A program made the position numbers and the translations under genes. A DNA stretch of 40,717 bases from IMG/VR virus record IMGVR_UViG_3300045988_164919, positions 64,001 through 104,717 of that record, one strand, 5' to 3'. Positions within the stretch are counted from its first letter, which is position 1; each line of letters opens with the position of its first letter. Source of the DNA: a virus. Shown here one piece after another: positions 23,549-32,486 of the stretch. The notes beneath the pieces are model-generated. The model made no database searches. It was not told the origin of the DNA and worked only from the letters and a program-made list of their open reading frames with translations.

Positions 23549-24458
23549 ATAAAAGTAAATCATCTATTGTTAAATCTTTATATTTCGTATATGGTATTCT
23601 GATTAATGGGATATTATTATCTTTGCACCATTGAGTTTTTATATTATCTCTATATTGTAAATCATCTATAGACTCTCCCCAATTCTTCATAGGAGTATCT
23701 ACAGAATGTTGTATTCCATCATATTCAATTAAATATTTATTATCAACAAAAAAATCAAATCTTAATTTTTTATTAGTTTTAGGATTAATACAACTATCAA
23801 AACTTTTTTCTCTTATAAATGGTATATTATATTCTTTTAATATCTATTGTATTTTTAATTCTCCATGAGACATTTTCATACATCCACAAGATTGAGTATC
23901 ACCACTATTTAAATTAGTTCCTCTTACTGAAACTATATTACCACAATCGCATTGACAAATCCAATATTTAATTTTAGGTATTGATTTCTATGTATCTAAT
24001 TTTAAAACAGTTAATAACCCAAATCTTTTACCTACTAAATTAACAGTAGATGCTTCAGAAGTTCTCTCTTTCTAATAGCATCCACAAGATTTAGTATGTC
24101 CTGCATTTAAATGATTTGTATTTACTATTATCTTATTGCCGCATTTACATTGACATTCCCATAAAGCACTATTAGGCATACGTCGTAAAACAGTCAAATA
24201 TCCATAAACTTTTCCAGTTAAATCTTCAGACTAATTAGCTTCTCTTGTTTTTTCTCTTTGCAAACAACCACAAGACTATGTTGGTTTACTCCTATTTAAA
24301 GAAGCACTAGATATATCAAGTTCATTACCGCAATCACATTTGCAATGCCATAAAATACGATTATAGCTATTTTTTTTACCAGTATCATATTCTACTAATA
24401 ATCTACCAAACCTTTTTCCAGTTAAATCTTTCTTTGCTGGCATATAAAAATCCTTCAT
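23540..24458 (-). CDS. Free-standing homing-endonuclease-like protein (about 305 aa, at least 5 TAG codons) with four or five zinc-finger repeats and a C-terminal DUF559/Vsr-like PD-(D/E)XK nuclease domain.
   Basis: Track ORF 24276..24458 ([55 protein letters not shown]) ends at TAG. The frame continues through further TAGs with the same repeat unit (GKxFGxLTVL...W.C.C.CGN...V....L..G.T.SCGC) four more times. It ends with [72 protein letters not shown], an (R)FDF...IEYDG.QH motif of DUF559-type endonuclease domains. Confidence 0.55.
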
Positions 24459-24510
24459 AGTTAAAAAGTAAAATTATCTTCTACACTTTTTAACTATGGA
24501 GATAAATTAA

Positions 24511-26109
24511 TTAATTAGTCTTGCCCGAAAAATTATTCATCATAAGCATCGGCAGAAGCCAATCCTTATCGCTATCAGTTTTATCTGACATAAAATAAAG
24601 CATCATAGGATTAAAGCCATTCATACCATTTGCACCATTCATAAGCATCATCATAGGAAGGAGGTCTTTCATAGACTTATTATCGTCATCAAGAAGGGCA
24701 AACATCCACATATTTCCCAGAGGATTATCCTTGGACGGAGTAGCCATCATATTATCAAAAAGACTTACAATTTTAGTAATAAAACTAAAATTACCAAATG
24801 GCGATTTTGACGGAAGAATAGTCTTCTTCTCACCCATTGCAATATCAATTGCAATTACATCACCCTGCTCGGAGAAACCGAAGACAAAACACGGACGTCT
24901 ATTGAAAATAATTACATCGCCGGCTTCAATTGCATCAATACCAACAGGCATCTTGAAGAACATATTATCTGCCTTGAAGTTGAAAACATCAACATCCATA
25001 ATTTCGCCGTTCTTCTTATCATATGCCTGATATGTGCCATTAACGTTCTTAACAGCCAGACCATACGGCGACATACGAACAGCATCATTATCCTTAATCG
25101 GACCAAAATCAAAATTAAACATCTTCATATTATTTCCTTTACCTTTCACATCATCATTGTTTGTTTCAAGTTTATTAATTCTTTCTTCCATTGTATCAAT
25201 ACGGCTAGTTAAACTATCACAGATTGAAATAGTTGTTGCATATGAACCATCATTGCCAATTTTAATAGTATTTTCCGCAACGCCTCCGCCAGCAATGGGA
25301 TTGGCCATAGAAGCAGTAGTTGTACGATATCCCCAATCTATACTAGAAGAAGCAGTAGAAGCTGTTTCATCTTTAGTATTTAATTTGGTTGGGTCAATAG
25401 GACTAACATTAATAGTTGTATTATCAGAATATGCGACATTTATTACTTTATCTAAATCATCATATACTTTATTAAGCCATTCCTTATTTTTGTTTTTAAT
25501 ATAACAATTATTAAGAATTTTAGTAGTCTTATCAAACTCGCAATTAAGTTTCTTTATATCTTTTTTTACATCACTAAAAATCACTTGACCAGTTGTATCC
25601 TCCACCGCGGGATTAAGTGCCCAATTAATAGCACGCCAACCGATACTATCCTCTGAATTAATTGCTCCTAAATCCGCTAAACCAAATAGCCTATAATCAT
25701 CTGTTTTTTCATTAACTACCGCTAAATCAAAATAATCATAGAATAGCATATCGGCCAGATATGTACCAAATGAATAATCATCTTTAGAAGTATTATACTT
25801 CTTATCAGTACCTACCATTCTAAAATTATCTGAATCTTTTAAATACTTAAATTCCTGAATATGGACTATAGTAGGAGCAAGATAGGTATTATCAATCTCA
25901 AACCATACTACCTTATAGTCTCCATCCATTAAATGAAGAACTTTCCAATCAGTATAAAGCAGTTTATTATAAGCTCCGGTTTTAACACTTTCGTTAAAAT
26001 CATCTAGTAGCTTTTCCCAAGTTTCTTTATTATAAATTTTGGCATCATAGACTGGACTATAAGTTCTTTTCTTGTCCATTGGCCATGTGTCTTTTAAATA
26101 AGCTCTCAT
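24511..26109 (-). CDS. Large hypothetical protein (532 aa), possibly structural or injected, with a Met-rich C-terminus.
   Basis: Uninterrupted track ORF. The C-terminal 60 aa are unusually Met/Asn/Gly-rich (LPMMMLMNGANGMNGFNPMMLYFMSD...LLPMLMMNNFSGKTN). The + strand ORFs 24731..25030 and 25034..25504 are antisense. Confidence 0.65.
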   Translation of the reverse strand: MRAYLKDTWPMDKKRTYSPVYDAKIYNKETWEKLLDDFNESVKTGAYNKLLYTDWKVLHLMDGDYKVVWFEIDNTYLAPTIVHIQEFKYLKDSDNFRMVGTDKKYNTSKDDYSFGTYLADMLFYDYFDLAVVNEKTDDYRLFGLADLGAINSEDSIGWRAINWALNPAVEDTTGQVIFSDVKKDIKKLNCEFDKTTKILNNCYIKNKNKEWLNKVYDDLDKVINVAYSDNTTINVSPIDPTKLNTKDETASTASSSIDWGYRTTTASMANPIAGGGVAENTIKIGNDGSYATTISICDSLTSRIDTMEERINKLETNNDDVKGKGNNMKMFNFDFGPIKDNDAVRMSPYGLAVKNVNGTYQAYDKKNGEIMDVDVFNFKADNMFFKMPVGIDAIEAGDVIIFNRRPCFVFGFSEQGDVIAIDIAMGEKKTILPSKSPFGNFSFITKIVSLFDNMMATPSKDNPLGNMWMFALLDDDNKSMKDLLPMMMLMNGANGMNGFNPMMLYFMSDKTDSDKDWLLPMLMMNNFSGKTN

Positions 26110-26330
26110 CCTCGACTATACATCTCCCATACCATATCTTCTTCGGCAGGTGTGATATCCTCAATCCCGCACTCTTCACACATAATATTAAAATTTTCCT
26201 CAACATACCATCGAGGATTTTCCTGCATCTTATGTACCAGAGTATTAATACATCCAGTACGAGTGTTTACCATTCCAGTACCCTCTGCTTCATTCATGAA
26301 CAGAAAATAACTATCATCAAAACCAAACAT
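26106..26330 (-). CDS. Small protein (74 aa) with a CxxC pair.
   Basis: Track ORF MFGFDDSYFLFMNEAEGTGMVNTRTGCINTLVHKMQENPRWYVEENFNIMCEECGIEDITPAEEDMVWEMYSRG. Confidence 0.5.
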   Translation of the reverse strand: MFGFDDSYFLFMNEAEGTGMVNTRTGCINTLVHKMQENPRWYVEENFNIMCEECGIEDITPAEEDMVWEMYSRG

Positions 26331-26348
26331 ATTAATTACTCCTTATCT

Positions 26349-26398
26349 TTTATATAAATATTATATAATATTTTTTTATTTTTTTCAAATTTACAAAC
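26349..26398 (-). promoter_or_regulatory. Conserved promoter motif copy (class B).
   Basis: Plus strand ttttatataaatattatataatatttttttatttttttcaaatttacaaac. Minus strand reads GTTTGTAAATTTGAAAAAAATAAAAAAATATTATATAATATTTATATAAAA. Confidence 0.45.
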
Positions 26399-26987
26399 AA
26401 GAAATAGAACCTTCCGGCTGCTCACTCAATTGTGCAGTTTTAGTACAATCATATTTAACAAGTTCAACAGTGCCATCTTTATTAACTACACACTTATAAA
26501 TATGTTTAAGTTCAGCATCATTTTCAACTGTTTGCTTAATAAGTTGGGCACTACTAATTGCCGCCTTACGAATTGCCTCTTGGCTTTCTTCTTTAAGTGC
26601 CTGGCAATCTTCTCTCATAAGATTGCAGAATTCAAGACCCTTAAGCAGTTCTGCTTCCTGTTTTGCTTTAGTCTTTTTATTTGTCCACCATTGAATAAAT
26701 TTACGGTATTCCTTATAAGAACCAAAATACACATAAAATCTGCTTTCGCCAATAATATTTTTTTTATCAATTTGATAAGAAATGCTACTACCATTAATAC
26801 ACCATTTATCAGGCTTAATAGCAGAATATTTCATTACTTCATCGAAGGTAAGTTCAACAGTTTTTTCATGCCATTTAATAGCCTCTTCTTTAAAACCTTG
26901 ATAATTTTCCCAGTCTTTGAAATAGCTAAATACTGTAAAACAGATAATAGCAAATACAACAAAAATACCTAAAACAATCAAAAACAT
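26391..26987 (-). CDS. Membrane-anchored protein, 198 aa.
   Basis: Track ORF with an N-terminal TM helix (MFLIVLGIFVVFAIICFTVFSYF) and a soluble C-terminal domain. Confidence 0.55.
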   Translation of the reverse strand: MFLIVLGIFVVFAIICFTVFSYFKDWENYQGFKEEAIKWHEKTVELTFDEVMKYSAIKPDKWCINGSSISYQIDKKNIIGESRFYVYFGSYKEYRKFIQWWTNKKTKAKQEAELLKGLEFCNLMREDCQALKEESQEAIRKAAISSAQLIKQTVENDAELKHIYKCVVNKDGTVELVKYDCTKTAQLSEQPEGSISCL

Positions 26988-27532
26988 TATTTATTATCCT
27001 CCTTCTCCTGTCGCAAGTCATGGTCTTCGCCATCATAGATTTCACGATATTTAGTAAACAGAGAACCATCATTGTAATAATATCTAATATTATTCCAACC
27101 ATTATAATGGTCAGTCAAATTAGGCCAGTCTACAATACGTGCCTGCCGTTCAAGTTCCTGCTGCGGCACTACTCTATGTCTCTTGGAGTTCCATTCCTTT
27201 GAATTTTCTACGCTGGCGATAATAACCATAAGCTGATAACTATCGAAATGGGGGAAACGGCTTCTGATTTCTTCTCTCTGTCCAAGAGTCAAACAATTAG
27301 TATCAATGATAATATCTGCATTGTCCATTTCTGCACAATGTACAATCTGATATAATGTTTGCCAGACTTCAAACTTATGACGGCGGTTGCATTCATCGCC
27401 ATTAAAGACAGCGTACAATTCATCAGGGTTTACATATCGAATGTGATTCATCTTTGCGAAGGATTTCGCGAATGTAGTCTTTCCATTTGCACTCAAGCCG
27501 CACATCATATATAGAGTCGCCATCAACTTCAT
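26987..27532 (-). CDS. P-loop kinase (polynucleotide kinase / AAA-like NTPase), 181 aa. The true start may be an internal Met.
   Basis: Walker A GLSANGKTTFAKSF, and Walker-B-like IIIDTN. The first roughly 85-110 nt overlap ORF 27423..27851 in another frame. Both frames are open there. Confidence 0.6.
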   Translation of the reverse strand: MKLMATLYMMCGLSANGKTTFAKSFAKMNHIRYVNPDELYAVFNGDECNRRHKFEVWQTLYQIVHCAEMDNADIIIDTNCLTLGQREEIRSRFPHFDSYQLMVIIASVENSKEWNSKRHRVVPQQELERQARIVDWPNLTDHYNGWNNIRYYYNDGSLFTKYREIYDGEDHDLRQEKEDNK

Positions 27533-27851
27533 CTCCTCTCAGTCTGCTTGCCAATATATATTCCATATAGATAGAATCTACTGTTGGATTTTCTATTCTT
27601 TCTATACTAATTACATCTTCTTCAGTAGTAATTACAATATAAAAATCATCAAAGCATTTAATTAATGCTTTATACCATTTATGACCATGCCAACACCAAT
27701 AGTCTTCAAGAATAACTTGACCTGATTTAAGCAGAACATGGTATTTATGTAATGTGTCTTCTTTTTTAATACGACCCATTAAATAATCCATTTGATTAAA
27801 TACAAAAGGATTGCCTGGACCAGACATTACCTTGCTCATGTCAAATTCCAA
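27423..27851 (-). CDS. Hypothetical protein, 142 aa.
   Basis: Track ORF MEFDMSKVMSGPGNPFVFNQMDYLMGRIKKEDTLHKYHVLLKSGQVILEDYWCWHGHKWYKALIKCFDDFYIVITTEEDVISIERIENPTV... Confidence 0.5.
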   Translation of the reverse strand: MEFDMSKVMSGPGNPFVFNQMDYLMGRIKKEDTLHKYHVLLKSGQVILEDYWCWHGHKWYKALIKCFDDFYIVITTEEDVISIERIENPTVDSIYMEYILASRLRGDEVDGDSIYDVRLECKWKDYIREILRKDESHSICKP

Positions 27852-28117
27852 TTACTCAATTCAATCCTCTCATTATAACTTTTCTTGTCAGAAATCGGCT
27901 CACAAAAAATAACTATTCCATTACGCATCCAATCTGCATAAACCATATCATCCCAGAGGATTATACGCAAACGATAATAATTCCCATTCTCTTCACTTTG
28001 TAGATCAATAGCAATCTTGCCATATTTAAGAGCATTAAAATGCTTTTCATTAATCATATGCTGATAAACTTCTTCAGCATATGCATCAAATACATCCATC
28101 CAATTATCCAACTTCAC
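27836..28117 (-). CDS. Hypothetical protein, 93 aa.
   Basis: Track ORF MKLDNWMDVFDAYAEEVYQHMINEKHFNALKYGKIAIDLQSEENGNYYRLRIILWDDMVYADWMRNGIVIFCEPISDKKSYNERIELSNWNLT. Confidence 0.5.
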   Translation of the reverse strand: MKLDNWMDVFDAYAEEVYQHMINEKHFNALKYGKIAIDLQSEENGNYYRLRIILWDDMVYADWMRNGIVIFCEPISDKKSYNERIELSNWNLT

Positions 28118-28814
28118 TACACCTCGTCAAATAAGTAATTTTCTGCTTCTGGTAAGTTCCAAGAGACTTAATAGTTCCCTTAATAGTAAGTTCCTTACCA
28201 ATTTCCCAATTCTTGGCGGCTGTACTCCAACAGTACAGATTCTCATTGGCATCAATGAACGTCATAATATGGTTAACACCATAATAATTTTCTGCTTCAA
28301 TGTTTTTAATTACTTTTACATCACGTTCAATCTTATCGCCAACTTCACCCTGATAGCGGCTATTGCCTTCATCATAAATAAGATTTTCAACTACCTTATT
28401 AATAACAGCATTATCTTTCAGAGTGCCGTCATCATTACCTACAAGCTCCCAAGGCAGCTGCACGGGCGTAATACCTTCCGGCACATCGGCAGGAACTTCT
28501 TCTGTAGAAACAACATACCACTTAAATGTAGTGTGGAAACGGGCATTAGAATGTTCAAACCATTCAAGATTTTCATAAGTATTACCTTTAAACAGGGTAA
28601 TATATCCATTATCAAAACCAAGAATATGCTTACGATTACCAGGTTTAATAATTTTTACAGGAGGATAATAGCGGTCATACTCTGCTGTGGTATATGATTT
28701 AACACGCTTAACCTTGCCATCCTTGGTCCGCACATCACAATAACGCTTTCCATTTTCAATATAAGTATCACGGACAATTTCCAAATCCTGATAAGACTTA
28801 GCAACAAGAGCCAT
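28104..28814 (-). CDS. Hypothetical protein, 236 aa.
   Basis: Uninterrupted track ORF MALVAKSYQDLEIVRDTYIENGKRYCDVRTKDGKVKRVKSYTTAEYDRYYPPVKIIKPGNRKHILGFDNGYITLFKGNTYENLEWFEHSNARFHTTFKWYVVSTEEVPADVPEG... Confidence 0.6.
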   Translation of the reverse strand: MALVAKSYQDLEIVRDTYIENGKRYCDVRTKDGKVKRVKSYTTAEYDRYYPPVKIIKPGNRKHILGFDNGYITLFKGNTYENLEWFEHSNARFHTTFKWYVVSTEEVPADVPEGITPVQLPWELVGNDDGTLKDNAVINKVVENLIYDEGNSRYQGEVGDKIERDVKVIKNIEAENYYGVNHIMTFIDANENLYCWSTAAKNWEIGKELTIKGTIKSLGTYQKQKITYLTRCSEVG

Positions 28815-29008
28815 TATCTATCACCCTCCTCAAAAAGCTGCTTATAAAGAATATCAAGAGCCATGTCAATTTCTTCCGCTTCAGCATTGTCAATATACTC
28901 ATAATTACTTACACAGAGATCAACGACCTTATTATAAGCATTGACAACTTCTTCGTTTCTAATCTTGTCCATAGTATCGTCTCCTTTAAAATTCTTTATA
29001 TCTCTCAT
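28814..29008 (-). CDS. Small acidic protein, 64 aa.
   Basis: Track ORF MRDIKNFKGDDTMDKIRNEEVVNAYNKVVDLCVSNYEYIDNAEAEEIDMALDILYKQLFEEGDR. Confidence 0.45.
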   Translation of the reverse strand: MRDIKNFKGDDTMDKIRNEEVVNAYNKVVDLCVSNYEYIDNAEAEEIDMALDILYKQLFEEGDR

Positions 29009-29051
29009 TTCTTTATATATATATTTTATAATATTTTTTTATAAAAATAAA
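29003..29051 (-). repeat. Promoter cassette copy. A 49-nt exact repeat occurs also at 34334-34382, and near-copies at 23486-23529 and 37065-37120.
   Basis: tctcatttctttatatatatattttataatatttttttataaaaataaa appears identical at both loci by manual comparison. It is followed by a terminator hairpin at 29052-29078. Confidence 0.55.
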
Positions 29052-29078
29052 AGAGGAGTCTCTTATCAAGACTCCTCT
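29052..29078 (-). terminator. Terminator hairpin.
   Basis: agaggagtct-cttatcaag-actcctct is a 9-bp stem with a T-rich tail on the minus strand. Confidence 0.5.
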
Positions 29079-29476
29079 GTATAATCAATCAATTCAATTT
29101 CTGACCAAAATGGCTGCTCATACCAACTTGTCCAAGGATTAGTCCTGAAAAACTGATGAATACGCACTTTTTCATTAAACTCTTTCACTTGAGTATAATA
29201 CAATTCATTTACACCAACTCTTGAAGTTTCAAGGAAACTATCATGATGCTCTACCTGATAAACAATAACATCACGTTCAGCTTCTATATTAGCACGGTCA
29301 ATAGATGCAGTTGCTCCCTGACTAATGAAAACAATTGTACTAATAAATACTACAAGAACAAGTAAACAGCCAATAGTGAATGGAAGAGCACTCCAATAAC
29401 TAAAATTATCACTCAAACATTTTGCAATGATAAAACAAATTACACCGATAACAATAGCCAACAAATACAATAACAT
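29066..29476 (-). CDS. Membrane protein, 136 aa.
   Basis: Track ORF with two predicted TM helices (MLLYLLAIVIGVICFIIAK...FTIGCLLVLVVFISTIVFI). Confidence 0.5.
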   Translation of the reverse strand: MLLYLLAIVIGVICFIIAKCLSDNFSYWSALPFTIGCLLVLVVFISTIVFISQGATASIDRANIEAERDVIVYQVEHHDSFLETSRVGVNELYYTQVKEFNEKVRIHQFFRTNPWTSWYEQPFWSEIELIDYTEES

Positions 29477-29478
29477 AA

Positions 29479-29775
29479 TTATTCCTCCACTGTTCTGTAG
29501 CCTTCAACATCTACATCAGCCATATCGCTAATGTCGAAATCATCATCATCTTCTGGAACATTATAGTCTGCCTTGGCAGCATCAATAAAATCTCCAATAG
29601 AGTCTCCATACCACGTCCAGTTGTCCACTCCTGCGACCTCTAGTGCTTGGAGCTTCAAACTATCATAGAGCAAATCTTTTAATTCATCTTTTGGAACAAG
29701 GCAATAAATCATATTAATATTTAGTCCCTTTCTTATAGTTATAAAAATACAATCCGCCAATGATAACAATAGCAA
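29479..29775 (-). CDS. Small acidic protein, 98 aa.
   Basis: Track ORF MLLLSLADCIFITIRKGLNINMIYCLVPKDELKDLLYDSLKLQALEVAGVDNWTWYGDSIGDFIDAAKADYNVPEDDDDFDISDMADVDVEGYRTVEE. Confidence 0.45.
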   Translation of the reverse strand: MLLLSLADCIFITIRKGLNINMIYCLVPKDELKDLLYDSLKLQALEVAGVDNWTWYGDSIGDFIDAAKADYNVPEDDDDFDISDMADVDVEGYRTVEE

Positions 29776-29801
29776 TAACCAGAATAATTACGGGGTCCAT
29801 A

Positions 29802-30959
29802 TTAGTTCTCCTTTTTAAAATCAAAAATTATTTTTAATTCTTCTACTTTATCGAGCTGTTCCCAAGGGCTATTACATTCAATGCGACCAAAATGACCGAA
29901 GCAAGCATAGGGTAAATAGCGAGTATGCTTTAAATCAAATTTATGAATAATACTACGCGGTGCAAAATCAAATGTCTGATTAACTGCTTCAAGAATTTCA
30001 GCGATAGGTTTCTTTTCTGTGCCAAAACAATTAATATCAATAGATGCAGGTTCTGTCTGCCCAATAATATAAGCAACTTGAATCATACATTTATCACAAA
30101 CACCAGAAGCTACAAGATTTTTAGCTACATAACGTGCCATATAAGCACCAGATCTATCTACTTTAGAACTATCTTTACCGCTAAATGCTCCGCCACCATG
30201 TGGTGCATAACCACCATATGTATCTACAACGATTTTACGTCCTGTTAATCCGGTATCAGCCGCAGGTCCGCCCTTTACAAACTTACCTGTTGGGTTAATA
30301 TAAAATTTACAATCTTTTTTAATGGCATAACCTTGAAGGGCAATATTACAAATGTTCGTAATATCGGGCGTTATTTCCTTAATACTATACTTGTCTTTGT
30401 GTTGGGCCGATACGACAATTGTATCTACCCCTTCAAAGTTGCCATCATCATCGTATTGGACAGTTATCTGACATTTGCCGTCAGGTAACGCCCAAGGTAG
30501 CAAATCATTTTTATACTTACTAAACATAATGACCGAGATATTGTTAGCAAGCTGCTGGGCAATAGGCATATAATTTTCTGTTTCGTTAGTTGCATAACCA
30601 AACATCATGCCTTGATCTCCAGCACCATCTCTATCGACACCCGCAGCGATGTCAGGGGATTGATTTACTACATTAATAATATATGAACAAGTGTCGCAGT
30701 TAAATCCTGCTTCATCATTGTCATAACCAATAAACCTTAAAGTCTCTCTTGCAATTTCCTGATAAGGAATAGATTGTTCTGTTTTAGCTGTAATCTCTCC
30801 CATTATGTGGAAAAGACCTGGACTAATAGTACATTCACAAGCTACTCGGGCATCAGGATCAAGCTGGAGGACATAATCCAGAATAGCATCACTTACCTAA
30901 TCACAAACCTTATCAGGATGACCGGCAAAAACGCTCTCACTGGTAAATAAATAACTCAT
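29802..30959 (-). CDS. metK: S-adenosylmethionine synthetase MetK (about 385 aa) with one in-frame TAG at a conserved Gln position.
   Basis: Track ORF 29802..30803 has the MetK signatures GAGDQGMMFGYATNETENYMP, GGGAFSGKDSSKVDRSGAY and INPTGKFVKGGPAADTGLTGRKIVVDTYGG. Reading 5' of it through TAG (30897-30899) gives MSYLFTSESVFAGHPDKVCD-[TAG]-VSDAILDYVLQLDPDARVACECTISPGLFHIMGEITAK. This aligns with E. coli MetK [27 protein letters not shown], with TAG falling on the Q. SD is AAGGAGGAAATATTAT-ATG and the ATG is at 30959-30957. Confidence 0.8.
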
Positions 30960-30975
30960 ATAATATTTCCTCCTT

Positions 30976-31022
30976 TATTATATAAATATTATATAATATT
31001 ATTTTTTATTTTTCAATTTTTT
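30976..31022 (-). promoter_or_regulatory. Conserved promoter motif copy (class B) upstream of metK.
   Basis: Plus strand ttattatataaatattatataatattattttttatttttcaatttttt. Confidence 0.45.
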
Positions 31023-31431
31023 CTGCCGACACTAAATAACAATATTTATCAACATATTCTTGTTCACTCATATCTGTTGGTTTATGAATAAATGCTAAAT
31101 AATGTTTTAGCCAATCAATAGTTTTATCTAAATTAAAATCTTCAGTAGCAAGATAACTTTCTGTTTCAGTATTACCTTGATGGTCGGCAACGATAATATT
31201 CCAGTATTCTTTTTTTCTGTTTTGATTTACTTTCTCTTTAGTATAATAGCAATGCTCTAAATAATTAACCATTGCCGCAGAATTATCATACTTATGTCCG
31301 AAAAAATTTTCAGCAATATCCAATAGAATACGATTAATAAATGATTGAGTTATGGTATCTTTATCTATAAAAACTTCTTTTACCATTTCATCTTTTGGTG
31401 TATAGAAGTTTAAAATATAATAATTCATCAT
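31006..31431 (-). CDS. Hypothetical protein, 141 aa.
   Basis: Track ORF MMNYYILNFYTPKDEMVKEVFIDKDTITQSFINRILLDIAENFFGHKYDNSAAMVNYLEHCYYTKEK... Confidence 0.5.
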   Translation of the reverse strand: MMNYYILNFYTPKDEMVKEVFIDKDTITQSFINRILLDIAENFFGHKYDNSAAMVNYLEHCYYTKEKVNQNRKKEYWNIIVADHQGNTETESYLATEDFNLDKTIDWLKHYLAFIHKPTDMSEQEYVDKYCYLVSAEKIEK

Positions 31432-31865
31432 TTTACAGGTTCCACCTTACAATAGCAAGCATTATAAAAATCTTCTTTTTCATCGTATTCATCACGATGT
31501 TCCGGCCACCATTCTACTGTTAATTCTGTTTTCATTCCATGTTCAAATTGTTCTATATTATCAGACCCATTCGCTACAATCCAGGTATTAGATTCGCCAT
31601 AAGGTGTATAACCAATTAGTCTAAAACAATCTTCATCTTTCTTGTCACGTGCTTCATCTGTAATAAGAGTTCTATTATAATAACATTTACTTAATACATC
31701 AGCTACATTACGATATTCCATATAATGCTCATGATAACAATCGCAAGCTACTTCCATTAACATCTGACCAGTAATATCATACCTTCGTGCTTCGGCAGGT
31801 GTTGCACGCACTTTCCTATAATCGCCTTCTGGCGACCAAAATTCATATAAATAGTCCTATGACAT
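31428..31865 (-). CDS. Hypothetical protein (about 145 aa, one TAG) with CxH/CxxC motifs.
   Basis: Track ORF 31428..31811 extends 5' to an ATG at 31865-31863 with a strong SD (AAGGAGGACAAT-ATG), through TAG at 31857-31859: MS-Q-DYLYEFWSPEGDYRKVRATPAEARRYDITGQMLMEVACDCYHEHYMEYRN... Confidence 0.5.
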
Positions 31866-31923
31866 ATTGTCCTCCTTTGCCCAAAATGGCTTGACATAAT
31901 TAAAATTTTTTTGTATAATATAT

Positions 31924-32376
31924 TTAGAAAATAGTTCTATCCAAACTGTTTAAATAGAATGTTGTAATAATATCTTTACCAAATTCAATACCGAACCACC
32001 AAGGTGTAGTGAATGGGACAAAATTTTTATAGATAATATTAACTACGTGTGGCGTTTTATCTGTTAATTCAAAATTAGTATAATAATCCAGATGATTTAT
32101 TGCCAAGCCTGTTTCTCTAGTATTATATACAATATTTCCGTTCCGAGTATACCAAATATAATTATCTTCGTCAAGTTTCAATAATTCATAATCTTCTATA
32201 ATATGCTCTCGTGTTTCTTGGTTCGGCACAACAAATGCACCAATTACACCGCCAACAAGTAGAGGAAGAATAATGCAAATAATTGCAAATAAACAAACAA
32301 CTTCTTTAATAGTGGGGTTAGAAGAAATACAAAGGCATACAATGAAAAATACAAAACCAATAGCTAACCAAATCAT
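31924..32376 (-). CDS. Membrane protein, 150 aa.
   Basis: Track ORF with two N-terminal TM helices (MIWLAIGFVFFIVCLCISS...CLFAIICIILPLLVGGVIGAFVV). Confidence 0.5.
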   Translation of the reverse strand: MIWLAIGFVFFIVCLCISSNPTIKEVVCLFAIICIILPLLVGGVIGAFVVPNQETREHIIEDYELLKLDEDNYIWYTRNGNIVYNTRETGLAINHLDYYTNFELTDKTPHVVNIIYKNFVPFTTPWWFGIEFGKDIITTFYLNSLDRTIF

Positions 32377-32486
32377 ATTAATTCTCCAAATGTAACCGCA
32401 AATAAATAGCTACTCCTAATAGGATTAGACCCGGAATGAGAAACCATAACGGGTCTAATGTAGAATGAATAATTGCCAACATTAAT

